Part shown: positions 16,230 to 24,351 of the stretch, in pieces
How positions within the stretch are numbered: position 1 is the first letter of the stretch
How the letters are laid out: every line of letters starts with the position of its first letter
Origin: a virus
Taxonomy: Duplodnaviria; Caudoviricetes
Strand: one strand, 5' to 3'
DNA: 40,769 bases
IMG/VR virus record: IMGVR_UViG_3300037797_000045
Location: 1 to 40,769 of that record
Notes under the pieces: model-generated
Told to the model about the DNA's origin: nothing
The model's input: only the letters and a program-made list of their open reading frames with translations
Databases searched by the model: none
Made by a program: the position numbers and the translations under genes

Positions 16230-17102
16230 CTAGGCCCGTTTCCGGGCCTGTTCGTCGCGGCGCCTCATCCACTCTTCCGTGCTCAGCTTGTCGGACAGGC
16301 CGCGAGGCGGGATGGCCTTCGCCCCCACCGTCGCCGCCGGCTCGACCTTCTGAGCCTGAAGGTGCCTGTTCGTCGCCGCTGCTTTTCGTTTGGCCTGCGA
16401 CCCCTCGAAAGCTGCGTGAAGGACCTTGGCGACGCGGGGATCGGCTTCTAGGTCGGACAATTCGTCCTGACTGAAGCCGTGCTCCGCGGCAAAGCCGATC
16501 AGCTTGGCCTTGAGGTCGTCATTCCAACCGGGAATGTCCTTGGCGAGGTTCGTGCGCCCTTCCTCGATGCGCTTGGCAGTCTCCTGCTGCGCGTGCGAGA
16601 GTCGCTGTCCTCTCAGATGCTGAAGCTGGCCCATCGCCTGTTGGTGGGTAACTATCAGCCGTTGGTATTGCGAACTGGCCTTCGCGGCTTCGAACGGATC
16701 GGTGTCGTGCCACTTATCCCAGTCAACATTCTGGAACTGCTGAATCTGCGCCGCCACGCTCTGCGCCACGGCATAGGTGTTCAGCTCCGCCTGAGTCGCC
16801 GACGATAGCTGCTGCTGCTCGGCCTCGAAGGCTTTGCGGCGGTCGGCAAGCTCCTGCGTCTTCTTCGTGTAATCGGCCTGGCGCAACATGGCCTCGCGGA
16901 CCTTCTGCGCCTGACTCTTGGGAACCTTGAGCTTCAGGTCGTCGTCAAGCTCCAGCTCTTCGTCCTCGTCCGGCTCCTCGATGGGGTTGCCGTCCTCGAC
17001 AAGCTCGGGCTCCTGACCTTCGGTTTCGACTTCCGCTTCGACTTCGGCGATCTCTTCCGAGGTGTCGCCGCCATCGACCGGGCTGGTCGTGTCGGTTTCC
17101 AT
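16230..17102 (-). CDS. Scaffolding protein
   Basis: Acidic N-terminus, LRQADYTKKTQELA, coiled coil, between portal and coat. Start chosen from AAGGA spacing. Confidence 0.85.
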   Translation of the reverse strand: METDTTSPVDGGDTSEEIAEVEAEVETEGQEPELVEDGNPIEEPDEDEELELDDDLKLKVPKSQAQKVREAMLRQADYTKKTQELADRRKAFEAEQQQLSSATQAELNTYAVAQSVAAQIQQFQNVDWDKWHDTDPFEAAKASSQYQRLIVTHQQAMGQLQHLRGQRLSHAQQETAKRIEEGRTNLAKDIPGWNDDLKAKLIGFAAEHGFSQDELSDLEADPRVAKVLHAAFEGSQAKRKAAATNRHLQAQKVEPAATVGAKAIPPRGLSDKLSTEEWMRRRDEQARKRA

Positions 17103-17123
17103 TTCCATCCTTTCGGGAATGTA

Positions 17124-17141
17124 GCGTCTCACGACGCGGGT
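17124..17141 (-). promoter_or_regulatory. GNRA hairpin in the scaffold leader (copy 2 of an 18-nt repeat)
   Basis: Identical to 16201-16218. Confidence 0.7.
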
Positions 17142-17173
17142 TAAGCCGCTGCCGGGTTGGCTTGGCGGCGAAC

Positions 17174-17356
17174 TTATGCTGTCGCGACTATATCGACAGA
17201 CGGAACTACGGGCGGTAGCTCGCCCATGAATTTGCCATCCGCCATCGCCGCCGCCTTCTCCATCGCCTCGGCTTCCGAGTGGGCAATGACGCGGTAGGCG
17301 TTGAGCCGCCCTTTGTAGGCGTACTCGAATCCATAGATTTTGATGGAGTCTTCCAT
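17174..17356 (-). CDS. 60-aa moron protein
   Basis: TAAGGA RBS, inserted between portal and scaffold, with its own candidate upstream promoter. Confidence 0.65.
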   Translation of the reverse strand: MEDSIKIYGFEYAYKGRLNAYRVIAHSEAEAMEKAAAMADGKFMGELPPVVPSVDIVATA

Positions 17357-17480
17357 GCTCGATTCCTTACGACTGACAGGGAAAACCTACGCGGCCCGCC
17401 GGGGAGCGGCGTGAGATCAACGAATGGCAGGAACACGCCTTGGCCAGCGCGCTTTCTCACGGTTTGGAATCATGTGGGGC

Positions 17481-17558
17481 GAGGTCCCCCATAGCCCTAT
17501 CCCCAGGCTAGCTGAGGCAAAGGCGTTCTAGCCGCCGTATTCGGGCTATGGGGGCCTC
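17481..17558 (-). ncRNA. Rod-like structured RNA/leader
   Basis: 12-bp perfect stem 17486-17497/17543-17554 extended by GAGG/CCTC, internal bubble, inner stem 17506-17511/17528-17533. Confidence 0.5.
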
Positions 17559-17564
17559 ACAACG

Positions 17565-17593
17565 GACATAAAGGAATCTCTGAAACATAGCAA
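17565..17593 (-). promoter_or_regulatory. Putative moron promoter
   Basis: TTGCTA-N17-TATGTC immediately after the portal stop, in an AT-rich patch. Confidence 0.55.
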
Positions 17594-19582
17594 TCACATC
17601 CTGTAAGAACGCGCCTCATTCGGCCTGACCATCGGCGGCTGCGTTGCCTGCATCCGCGCCGTCTCGGCCTCGTAGCGCTTGATCTCCAGCTCCTGCGCCT
17701 TCAGCGCGTTGGCGTCGGACTTGTCCTTGTTCGCCATCTGGAGGGCCTGTATCTGCTGCTGGGCCTCCTGCAGGGCCTGCTGTTGCTGCTGGAGCACCTG
17801 CGTGCCCTCGGCGATCATCTGTTGGCTCTGGTCAAGCTGCTGCTGGACCTGCGGCGGAATCTGGGGCTGGCCTTCCTGCAACTGCGGCGGAAGCATCAGC
17901 TTCAACCGTTCGGCGATCTTGTCCGACAGCGGCCAATCCTGCTGCTCGGCCCACAGATCGCCGATCAATGCGGCCGATTCCGGGGCGGCGCGCATCATCT
18001 CCTGCATTTCCAGCGCGGCTTCTTCCCGGCGCGTGGTGTAGCTCGGCCCGGTCTTCACCGTCAGGTCGTACTTGCCGGCCGTGATGTCGTAGATGGCCGA
18101 CATATTCCCGCTTTCGTCGGGCCTCTCCATCACCGCCTGTCCGGTGGGAGCGATCTGCACCGTCTCCGGCTTCATGTCCTCGCCGAGAATGCGGACTATC
18201 CGCTCGGTGGTGTAGACCTTGGGGATGAGGTCAAGAAGGATGCGCCCGCCGTGCCTGATCGCCCGCTGAAGATTGTCGATGAAGTGGAAGGTGGAAACGT
18301 CGCCCTCGCGCTGGCGAGCCATAATCGCACGGCCAGAAGTCTCGTTCGATCTCGCTCCCAGCGAAGCATCGTAAATCCCGATGATCGACTTCATGTCGTC
18401 GCTGGCGTTCAGGGCCTCCTGAAGCGCGGCGGTGAATATGGACGGCAACGGTTGGCGCTGGGGCGGCTTCTTGCCAGGAGCGTATTCCAGATAGGCGTGG
18501 GTGACACTGTTCGCAGTGTCCCAGTTCGGATCGACATCGAACACGCCCTTCTCGCCGATAAACGGCACGCGCGGCTGAAGGGCGAGCCCCTCTGCCCCAG
18601 CGGTCCGCATGAAGTTGAAATTGATCTGCGCGCCCTTGGCGTCCCGGATCAGCGAGCGGAAATGCCGCTTGCCGTCCTCGTCGATCACCTCGTCCCCGTA
18701 CACCGGGACGATCGGGATGAACTTGCCCGCCCACTCTACGGTCTTCAGCACCTCCGCACCGGACATTATCCGTTGCGTGACCTTGTAGGACTCGACCTCG
18801 CGGGGCTCGCCTACGACCGATATGCCGGCTTCAGTATACTCCTCCGCTCGTTCGTCATACTCGGCCTGCTTGACCACCGTGCCGTCGTCCAGGCCGACGA
18901 TGGCGGCCTTCACCTTCTCGCGGGTCCAATATTCGGCGACCACCACATCCTCGCCGTCCATCCAATCCGGATAGTCGCGATAGTCGTGCTCCCAATTGGT
19001 CTTCTCGGCGTCGGGATATTCGCGCTCGAACTCTTCCTTCGAAAGCGTCGTGACGATGAAGGCCACGTTCCAGTCCGACGAATCCGCCGCCTTCGAACGT
19101 GGATCGCCGTACACCGTAAACGGGTTGGTGACGCGCTCGACAACGATATCCTGGTCGAAGGCGTCGTCGCAGGTGTAAGCGGTGTTGATCCGCCAGAAGC
19201 CGAAGCCCTGCCCAACCGCGTGTTCGATCGCCGTGTCATAGGCCGTGTCCGCGTCAGACGTGGTTTCGATGTTGCGGATGAGCCCGTTGATGATCTCGGC
19301 GGTGCGCTTGTCAGCCCCCGAATCCTGCGGGTGGACCTTGACCGCCGGCTTGTTCTGGCGGGCATCGTTGACCACCTGCCGGATGAAGGCGGGCATCTTG
19401 TTGAAGGTGAGACAGGGGCGGCGCTCCTTCAGCCGCTGCTGCTCGATCTCAGAAGGCCACTGCTCGCCAAGCCGGGCGAAGCGCAGGTCGTCCTTGGCGC
19501 AGTCCTGATTGTCGCCCCACCATTCGCGGCAGCGGGCATATTCCTTGCGGGCGGTTTCGAGGAGGTCGTCGTTCTCAGGCAT
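17594..19582 (-). CDS. Portal protein, P22-like
   Basis: G.QWP, RPCLT.NK, IPIVPVYG, SNETSG.AI.ARQ.EG, G.YD..V.TGPS..T.R, Gln-rich C-terminal barrel. Confidence 0.93.
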   Translation of the reverse strand: MPENDDLLETARKEYARCREWWGDNQDCAKDDLRFARLGEQWPSEIEQQRLKERRPCLTFNKMPAFIRQVVNDARQNKPAVKVHPQDSGADKRTAEIINGLIRNIETTSDADTAYDTAIEHAVGQGFGFWRINTAYTCDDAFDQDIVVERVTNPFTVYGDPRSKAADSSDWNVAFIVTTLSKEEFEREYPDAEKTNWEHDYRDYPDWMDGEDVVVAEYWTREKVKAAIVGLDDGTVVKQAEYDERAEEYTEAGISVVGEPREVESYKVTQRIMSGAEVLKTVEWAGKFIPIVPVYGDEVIDEDGKRHFRSLIRDAKGAQINFNFMRTAGAEGLALQPRVPFIGEKGVFDVDPNWDTANSVTHAYLEYAPGKKPPQRQPLPSIFTAALQEALNASDDMKSIIGIYDASLGARSNETSGRAIMARQREGDVSTFHFIDNLQRAIRHGGRILLDLIPKVYTTERIVRILGEDMKPETVQIAPTGQAVMERPDESGNMSAIYDITAGKYDLTVKTGPSYTTRREEAALEMQEMMRAAPESAALIGDLWAEQQDWPLSDKIAERLKLMLPPQLQEGQPQIPPQVQQQLDQSQQMIAEGTQVLQQQQQALQEAQQQIQALQMANKDKSDANALKAQELEIKRYEAETARMQATQPPMVRPNEARSYRM

Positions 19583-19829
19583 CGACGCAATCCCTCGCCC
19601 GTTCCCGAACCTTCTGCGCTTCGTGCTGCTCTGTCTCGGAAGCCATGCGCCATGCCGTGTCGAGCCTACCGAAGGCGGCATCCAGAAGCTCCTGATAGGT
19701 TGCCGGGCGGCCCCGGAAATCCTGAAGCGTCTCCTGCGCTTCCATCACAGCACTCTTCGCCCGCTCGATCGCGCGGCGGAGATGGCGAGCGCTGTACTGC
19801 TTCGGGGATTCCCACACCTTTGCCATCAA
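19575..19829 (-). CDS. Hypothetical protein
   Basis: 84 aa helical ORF overlapping its neighbours, between terL and portal. Confidence 0.55.
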   Translation of the reverse strand: MMAKVWESPKQYSARHLRRAIERAKSAVMEAQETLQDFRGRPATYQELLDAAFGRLDTAWRMASETEQHEAQKVRERARDCVDA

Positions 19830-20101
19830 CCGAACGCCTTAGCCGCCTCGGCAACGAGCGGGCGGACGCGCTCACCGTACTTTCCGACCAGCACGTCGGC
19901 GGCTGGCCCGTAAATGTCCTCGCGGTCGATGGGGAAATCCACGCCGAATCTCGTCCGGGCATCCTCGGAAATGAACGACATGAAGCGACGGTCCCCATGG
20001 TCGTAGGAAATCCACCGCTCGCCCTCGCCGTGGATGGTTGAGCCGAGCGCGCGCAGGCGACGCTTGTGGTCGTCGAAGTCGAAGGTGTCGTGCTGTGCCA
20101 T
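19826..20101 (-). CDS. Hypothetical protein
   Basis: 91 aa, translationally coupled to neighbours. Confidence 0.6.
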   Translation of the reverse strand: MAQHDTFDFDDHKRRLRALGSTIHGEGERWISYDHGDRRFMSFISEDARTRFGVDFPIDREDIYGPAADVLVGKYGERVRPLVAEAAKAFG

Positions 20102-20352
20102 CAGACGAGCAGCCCTACGACCACACCAAGGGCGAGGCCGAGATTGAACGCGGTAAGCGCCGTGAACAGAAATGCGCCGGGGTATTCCCTGATGCCGTAA
20201 TGCACTTCGCGGTGAAGGTCGCTGCGGACGGCATCCGTGAAGCTCGGCAGCGGATTATACTTCGGCTTCGGAAACTTGCTCCATTCCAGCCCGCATTTCC
20301 GGCAATTGTCGTGCACCATGTCATATTCATGGTTGCAAACGGCTGTGCTCAT
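20101..20352 (-). CDS. Hypothetical protein (C.H..C.KCG motif, C-terminal TM)
   Basis: ATGA overlap with the terL stop. Confidence 0.55.
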   Translation of the reverse strand: MSTAVCNHEYDMVHDNCRKCGLEWSKFPKPKYNPLPSFTDAVRSDLHREVHYGIREYPGAFLFTALTAFNLGLALGVVVGLLV

Positions 20353-21635
20353 CCCAACCATCCTCCCGCCATCGCCGGCTGCCGCTTCGCCTTGCGCGCC
20401 TCATGCGGCGCTTCGTAGGCAACGCACATCAGCCCGAACGCGTCGGCCGGATCGCTTGCCCAGTCATGCTCAGGCCCTAGGCCCACGTTGCGCTTGTCGT
20501 CCCTGCGTTCGTGATAGGCCGCCAGAGCCTTGCGTCCGGGCCGTGTGGGCTCGTCGGCGAACCAGATGGAGGGGAACAGCCTGCGCGCCGCCTCGACCCG
20601 CTGTAGCGCCGCTCCCTTGCCCTGGTTGGGCACTACGTCCACGTCGAACCCTGCGGCCCTCAACTGCTCCTCGGCCGATCCGGGGGCTGTCAGGCGCTTC
20701 TCCGCCCCGTCATGCGGCAGCACCATCAGCGCGCCGCTGTACTTCCGCGTGTGAAGCTCGTTGACGTAGTAGCCGAGCTGCTGCCCCTGCCCTTCGATAT
20801 AATCCAGCACCCTGATCTCGCGCCCGACGAACTGCGCCAGCCATATCGCCGTCGCGTCCCTGCGCCCCAAATCCCAGAACGCCCGAACGCGCATGATCGG
20901 ATCGGCGGCCAACTGCCCGATCCTGCCTTCACGCTGCGCGTCCGCGAGCTGCGCCGCGAAATAGGCGCCCTCGACGGCAGTGACATAGCCGCCGCCCCAC
21001 ACATGCTCCGCTCTCGCCGGGTCGGTCGCGTAGTCGTGGTCGCGCTCGTCCTTCAACTCAGTGGCGGCGAACCAAGGGTTGTCCTCCCACGTCACTTCCT
21101 TGACGAGACTGCGCGGCGGCGGTCCCTGCGGGCCGCGGAAGAACTTATCGACCGGATCATGCTCGAACTCGGGATTCCACGAAAACCAAAGCTCGGAACC
21201 GGCCTTCCGCATCGACGGACGAACCACCTTGAGACTGCGCTCGCTCAACGCGCTCGCTTCCTCGCCCCAGAACACGTCCGCGCCTTCCATCGACCGAACC
21301 GCGTCCGGGTTGCGCCACATGCCGATGTAGGTGAACTGACTGCCGTTGTGGCCCTTGGTGATCTTATCCTGGCGATCGAACAGCGCCTGAAGCCCAAGCG
21401 CCTCGATCTTGTCCTCTATGAGCTGCTTCGATGAAGCGCGGAGATTGTCCTGTATCTCGCGGGCGCAGACGATCCGCATCGGCTTCTGAGCCGCCATGAT
21501 GACCAGCGCCGTCGCGAAGCTGTGCGACTTCGCCGAGCCTCGACCTCCGTAATAAGCCTTGTAGCGGTGCGGTTCGAACAGCGGCCGGAATGCCGCCGGC
21601 AAGCGAACCTCAGACAAACTTGACGGTGAGGCCAT
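20349..21635 (-). CDS. terL: Terminase large subunit (PBSX-type)
   Basis: Walker A GGRGSAKS, CAREIQ, Walker B FWGEEA, SWNP, nuclease WDLG..D, HDWASDPADAF. Exact start uncertain. Confidence 0.95.
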   Translation of the reverse strand: MASPSSLSEVRLPAAFRPLFEPHRYKAYYGGRGSAKSHSFATALVIMAAQKPMRIVCAREIQDNLRASSKQLIEDKIEALGLQALFDRQDKITKGHNGSQFTYIGMWRNPDAVRSMEGADVFWGEEASALSERSLKVVRPSMRKAGSELWFSWNPEFEHDPVDKFFRGPQGPPPRSLVKEVTWEDNPWFAATELKDERDHDYATDPARAEHVWGGGYVTAVEGAYFAAQLADAQREGRIGQLAADPIMRVRAFWDLGRRDATAIWLAQFVGREIRVLDYIEGQGQQLGYYVNELHTRKYSGALMVLPHDGAEKRLTAPGSAEEQLRAAGFDVDVVPNQGKGAALQRVEAARRLFPSIWFADEPTRPGRKALAAYHERRDDKRNVGLGPEHDWASDPADAFGLMCVAYEAPHEARKAKRQPAMAGGWLG

Positions 21636-21843
21636 GCTGGATCGGACCGCCGCCTTCCCCGGTGTGCTGAACCGCCTGAAGATCGGGCAGCGTCTTCCTG
21701 AGCAGGATGTTAATCGACTGGACCTGCGTAGGGCTCAGATCGACCTTGCCAAGTCCGTGATTCGAAAGCCGATTTATCAACTGACTTGTCTGGATTTTGG
21801 TTCGCACGTCTTCCTGGTGCGTCTTTCTCAATCGGGCAGGCAT
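21610..21843 (-). CDS. terS: Terminase small subunit (putative)
   Basis: 77 aa, LLRKTLPDL..V.HTG..GGPI, overlaps the terL start. Confidence 0.7.
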   Translation of the reverse strand: MPARLRKTHQEDVRTKIQTSQLINRLSNHGLGKVDLSPTQVQSINILLRKTLPDLQAVQHTGEGGGPIQHGLTVKFV

Positions 21844-21873
21844 TGTTCGACTCCCTCTCGGGTTGGTCGCGGG

Positions 21874-22008
21874 TTAGAGTTGCCCCGCCAGCACGCTCGC
21901 CGTCGCGCAAGCGAGGCCGGCCGCGATGAGGTTGAACCGTCCGCCAATGCCAGCAGCGGCGATGACGAACAGCACGAATGCGAACACAAGCAGGATCAGT
22001 GCGAGCAT
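21874..22008 (-). CDS. 44-aa two-TM membrane protein
   Basis: GGAG RBS. MLALILLVFAFVLFVIAAAGIGGRFNLIAAGLACATASVLAGQL. Not in the ORF track. Confidence 0.65.
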   Translation of the reverse strand: MLALILLVFAFVLFVIAAAGIGGRFNLIAAGLACATASVLAGQL

Positions 22009-22265
22009 GTTGCGTCTCCCTGGGCGGTATAGCGGGCCGCAGCGACGGGCGCATTCTGTGCGAAGGTATTCACCTGCTGTGCGCTCTGGTTGGCGTGGCG
22101 GAGCGAGAAGATGCCGCGCCGAATGCTCTCCATCTGACGCCAGCGGAGATTCTGCTGTTCGTCGGTGCTGTCTACATCGGAACAGGCGTCGGATGCGGCC
22201 TGAGCGGCGAAGTTTGTGGCGAGAGTCGCAAGCTCCCGCTCCAAACAGGCTATGGCTTCATTCAT
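21996..22265 (-). CDS. Hypothetical protein
   Basis: AGGAG RBS, 89 aa. Confidence 0.6.
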   Translation of the reverse strand: MNEAIACLERELATLATNFAAQAASDACSDVDSTDEQQNLRWRQMESIRRGIFSLRHANQSAQQVNTFAQNAPVAAARYTAQGDATCSH

Positions 22266-22278
22266 GTTGCGTCTCCTG

Positions 22279-22494
22279 TCAGTAGCCGATGCCAGTCTGC
22301 ACGCGGTTGTCAGCACGCAGGCTAGTGCGCGGCCCCATCGCCTTCTCAGCTATCTCTGGATTGTAAGCCGCGCCGAACGGCATCCCGAATATCTTGAACT
22401 GGACGCCAAGCATCTTGCCGATGATGGCGAGAGCGGCGACCTTCCACACCGGATAGCCAATGTAGTGCCGGTTCGCCGCGATGCGATCGAACAT
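22279..22494 (-). CDS. Hypothetical protein
   Basis: AGGAG RBS, 71 aa, first ORF after the putative late promoter. Confidence 0.6.
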   Translation of the reverse strand: MFDRIAANRHYIGYPVWKVAALAIIGKMLGVQFKIFGMPFGAAYNPEIAEKAMGPRTSLRADNRVQTGIGY

Positions 22495-22707
22495 GGTTGC
22501 GTCTCCTGATATTCCCCGCCCGGCGCTAGCTCGCCGTGACAGCGCCCTGCTTGAGAGTGTGTCGCTTCGTTCAGGAGGCCGGGCCGGGCGGGTCCGCGCG
22601 AAAGGGGGAGGCGCGGAATGGGAATGGTGGAGACCGATGCCTGGGTTCTATACAGACGTGCCGCTCGCGCGCTTGGCCCGCTCGGACAAACACGGGCGCC
22701 ACCTTCG

Positions 22708-22741
22708 AAAAGCGCGCCGTCACCTTGTTTGGCGGGCGCGC
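22708..22741 (-). terminator. Leader terminator after the late promoter (tR'-like)
   Basis: GCGCGCC-CGCC-AAACAA-GGTG-AC-GGCGCGC followed by TTTT. Confidence 0.55.
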
Positions 22742-22759
22742 GAAATCCAGAATGACAGG

Positions 22760-22788
22760 CTGGTAGCATTGTAGGGACGGGCCGTCAA
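22760..22788 (-). promoter_or_regulatory. Late promoter (pR'-like)
   Basis: TTGACG-N17-TACCAG with TG extension, upstream of the packaging genes. Confidence 0.65.
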
Positions 22789-22803
22789 GTGGGTTGCTTT
22801 TCG

Positions 22804-23121
22804 CTACCGACCGCCCTCCGCCAGCATGGCGTCGATCATGGCCTGCCAGACGGGGCGTGGCATGTCGGAGGCGCTATCGACACGGTAACGCTCATAGCTG
22901 TCCTGCGTCCAATCTTCGACATCTTCGGCGGCAGCAATCCCCGCACTAAGAGCCGCCTTCCCCGGCTCGCGGATCGCGGTGAGGACGGCGCGGACGGCGC
23001 GGACGATTTCCTCGCGGTCGCCCGGCAACTCCGCTTCGCAAGCTGGGCAGTGCGTGCTGATCTCAATCTCCACCGCGTGCGCGGCGCGTTCGAACGGGGT
23101 CATGATCTCAGTCTCCTTCAT
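22804..23121 (-). CDS. Hypothetical phage protein (RA...AIREP...WQAMIDA pattern)
   Basis: Shares motif with ORF 35814-36062. Confidence 0.65.
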   Translation of the reverse strand: MKETEIMTPFERAAHAVEIEISTHCPACEAELPGDREEIVRAVRAVLTAIREPGKAALSAGIAAAEDVEDWTQDSYERYRVDSASDMPRPVWQAMIDAMLAEGGR

Positions 23122-23375
23122 GCGCCCAACTCCGCCGCATCCGCTTTGCACGTTTTCTTAACCGTGACGAAAAACTCCTCGCCGCCTACCTTCACCCATA
23201 AATCGAACTGCCCGAAGCCGCAGCCGGTATCGACGGCGGTGTCGGCGTCGGCGACAGATGCCTTCAGAAAGTCGGCTAACATGTAGCCGATCTCGATCAC
23301 CCCTTCCGGTGCTAGTCGCGGGTTGCCGGCGACAAGCTTGGCCATGATTTTCTTGCGGTCGCGTTCTTCGTCCAT
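23118..23375 (-). CDS. Hypothetical protein
   Basis: 85 aa, GGAG RBS, coupled to the next gene. Confidence 0.6.
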   Translation of the reverse strand: MDEERDRKKIMAKLVAGNPRLAPEGVIEIGYMLADFLKASVADADTAVDTGCGFGQFDLWVKVGGEEFFVTVKKTCKADAAELGA

Positions 23376-23388
23376 CACCCCATCTCCC

Positions 23389-23946
23389 TCATGCCGCCAA
23401 CTCCGCCTGCACCCGCTGCGCCGCGACCCTGATCTCGAGCCGGGCGACCTCAAGGGCCTTGCGCCTCGGCCTGATCTGGCACACCGTCCGCCCCTTGCGC
23501 TCATAGCACTCCTCGAGCGCGCCCGCACGGTCTATCGCCACCTGACTGAGCGAGCGGTCGTACACCACCACGTCTCGAAGCAGGCTCGCCAGGCTGCCCG
23601 CCGCGCGTTCGCAGTCCCGTACCAGCGCGACAGCGTTGAGCGTCGTGATCGTGGGGCCGTTGCCCGATCCTCCCCGCTGCCGGTTCAGGCTGTCGCGGAT
23701 CGGCGAGCGGTCGGCGAGATCGGCATGGTGGCGGTAGTGCCTGAGCGCCTTGTACTGCTCGTCGTTGAGGATGCCGGCGAGATGCAGAACGGCGATCATC
23801 GGCCGGCGCCGGAATGCCTTGCCGATCGTGATCGAACCGCCCCCGTTGCGCTTGTCCGTCACGTCCTCGACGGCGAAATCGCCATGCGCTAGCTGCTCGT
23901 CAGTCGGGGGCACGATCTCCACCGGCTTCCTCCTGCCCTTCCCCAC
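23389..23946 (-). CDS. Putative late-gene regulator (Q-like position)
   Basis: GTG start after AGGGAG. L...G.L...QY.A...Y and a C-terminal HTH-like LLRDVVV.DRSLSQVA. Lies just upstream of the late promoter. Confidence 0.55.
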   Translation of the reverse strand: MGKGRRKPVEIVPPTDEQLAHGDFAVEDVTDKRNGGGSITIGKAFRRRPMIAVLHLAGILNDEQYKALRHYRHHADLADRSPIRDSLNRQRGGSGNGPTITTLNAVALVRDCERAAGSLASLLRDVVVYDRSLSQVAIDRAGALEECYERKGRTVCQIRPRRKALEVARLEIRVAAQRVQAELAA

Positions 23947-23971
23947 TCTACTCTCCCTTATGGTGCTGTGC

Positions 23972-24000
23972 TTGCGCGCGGCGGCGATGTGTGCTAGCGA
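23972..24000 (+). promoter_or_regulatory. Antisense promoter for the structured RNA
   Basis: TTGCGC-N17-TAGCGA. The -35 and GTGCTAGCGA are identical to the promoter at 40232-40260. Confidence 0.65.
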
Positions 24001-24006
24001 CCGGCC

Positions 24007-24340
24007 GTTCTCGCGGAGGGTACGACAGCGGCGCGAGAATGAGGCTTCGGCCTCTTGCGCTACCTGCGGGGCTCCATCGCAGCGCAGCCCGAGTCCGAAA
24101 GGCCGAGCGGGGATGGACCGGGCGAAGGATAGCCTGGAAAGCAGCGGCCGAACTTGGGATACCTTCATCCCCAAGTGCCTGCGAAGCGACGGCTGGCTCC
24201 AGAGGGCATAGGCGTTGACAGGCACAGGCCGGACAGGCTCCGCCAACACTCGGCAGGGCTTGTCTTCCTGTGCCTGCTTCGCTCAGACATTCACCAAAGA
24301 GCATGTGACACGTCGCGAAATCGAATTTTTCGAGCGACGA
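24007..24340 (+). ncRNA. ~340-nt multi-hairpin structured RNA, family unknown
   Basis: Stems 24007-15/24032-40, GAGGC-TTCG-GCCTC, CC-GAAA-GG, 24152-60/24167-76, 24181-87/24276-82, 24220-28/24267-75, 24232-40/24256-64 and 24311-16/24334-39. G-U pairs and tetraloops favour the + strand. Confidence 0.6.
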
Positions 24341-24351
24341 AAATGCCATCT

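Noticed and set aside
22625-22705. tmRNA/tRNA remnant in the late leader (ends CTCCACCA on the minus strand)
   Set aside because: No T-arm or cloverleaf could be built, and an 8-nt match is insufficient.
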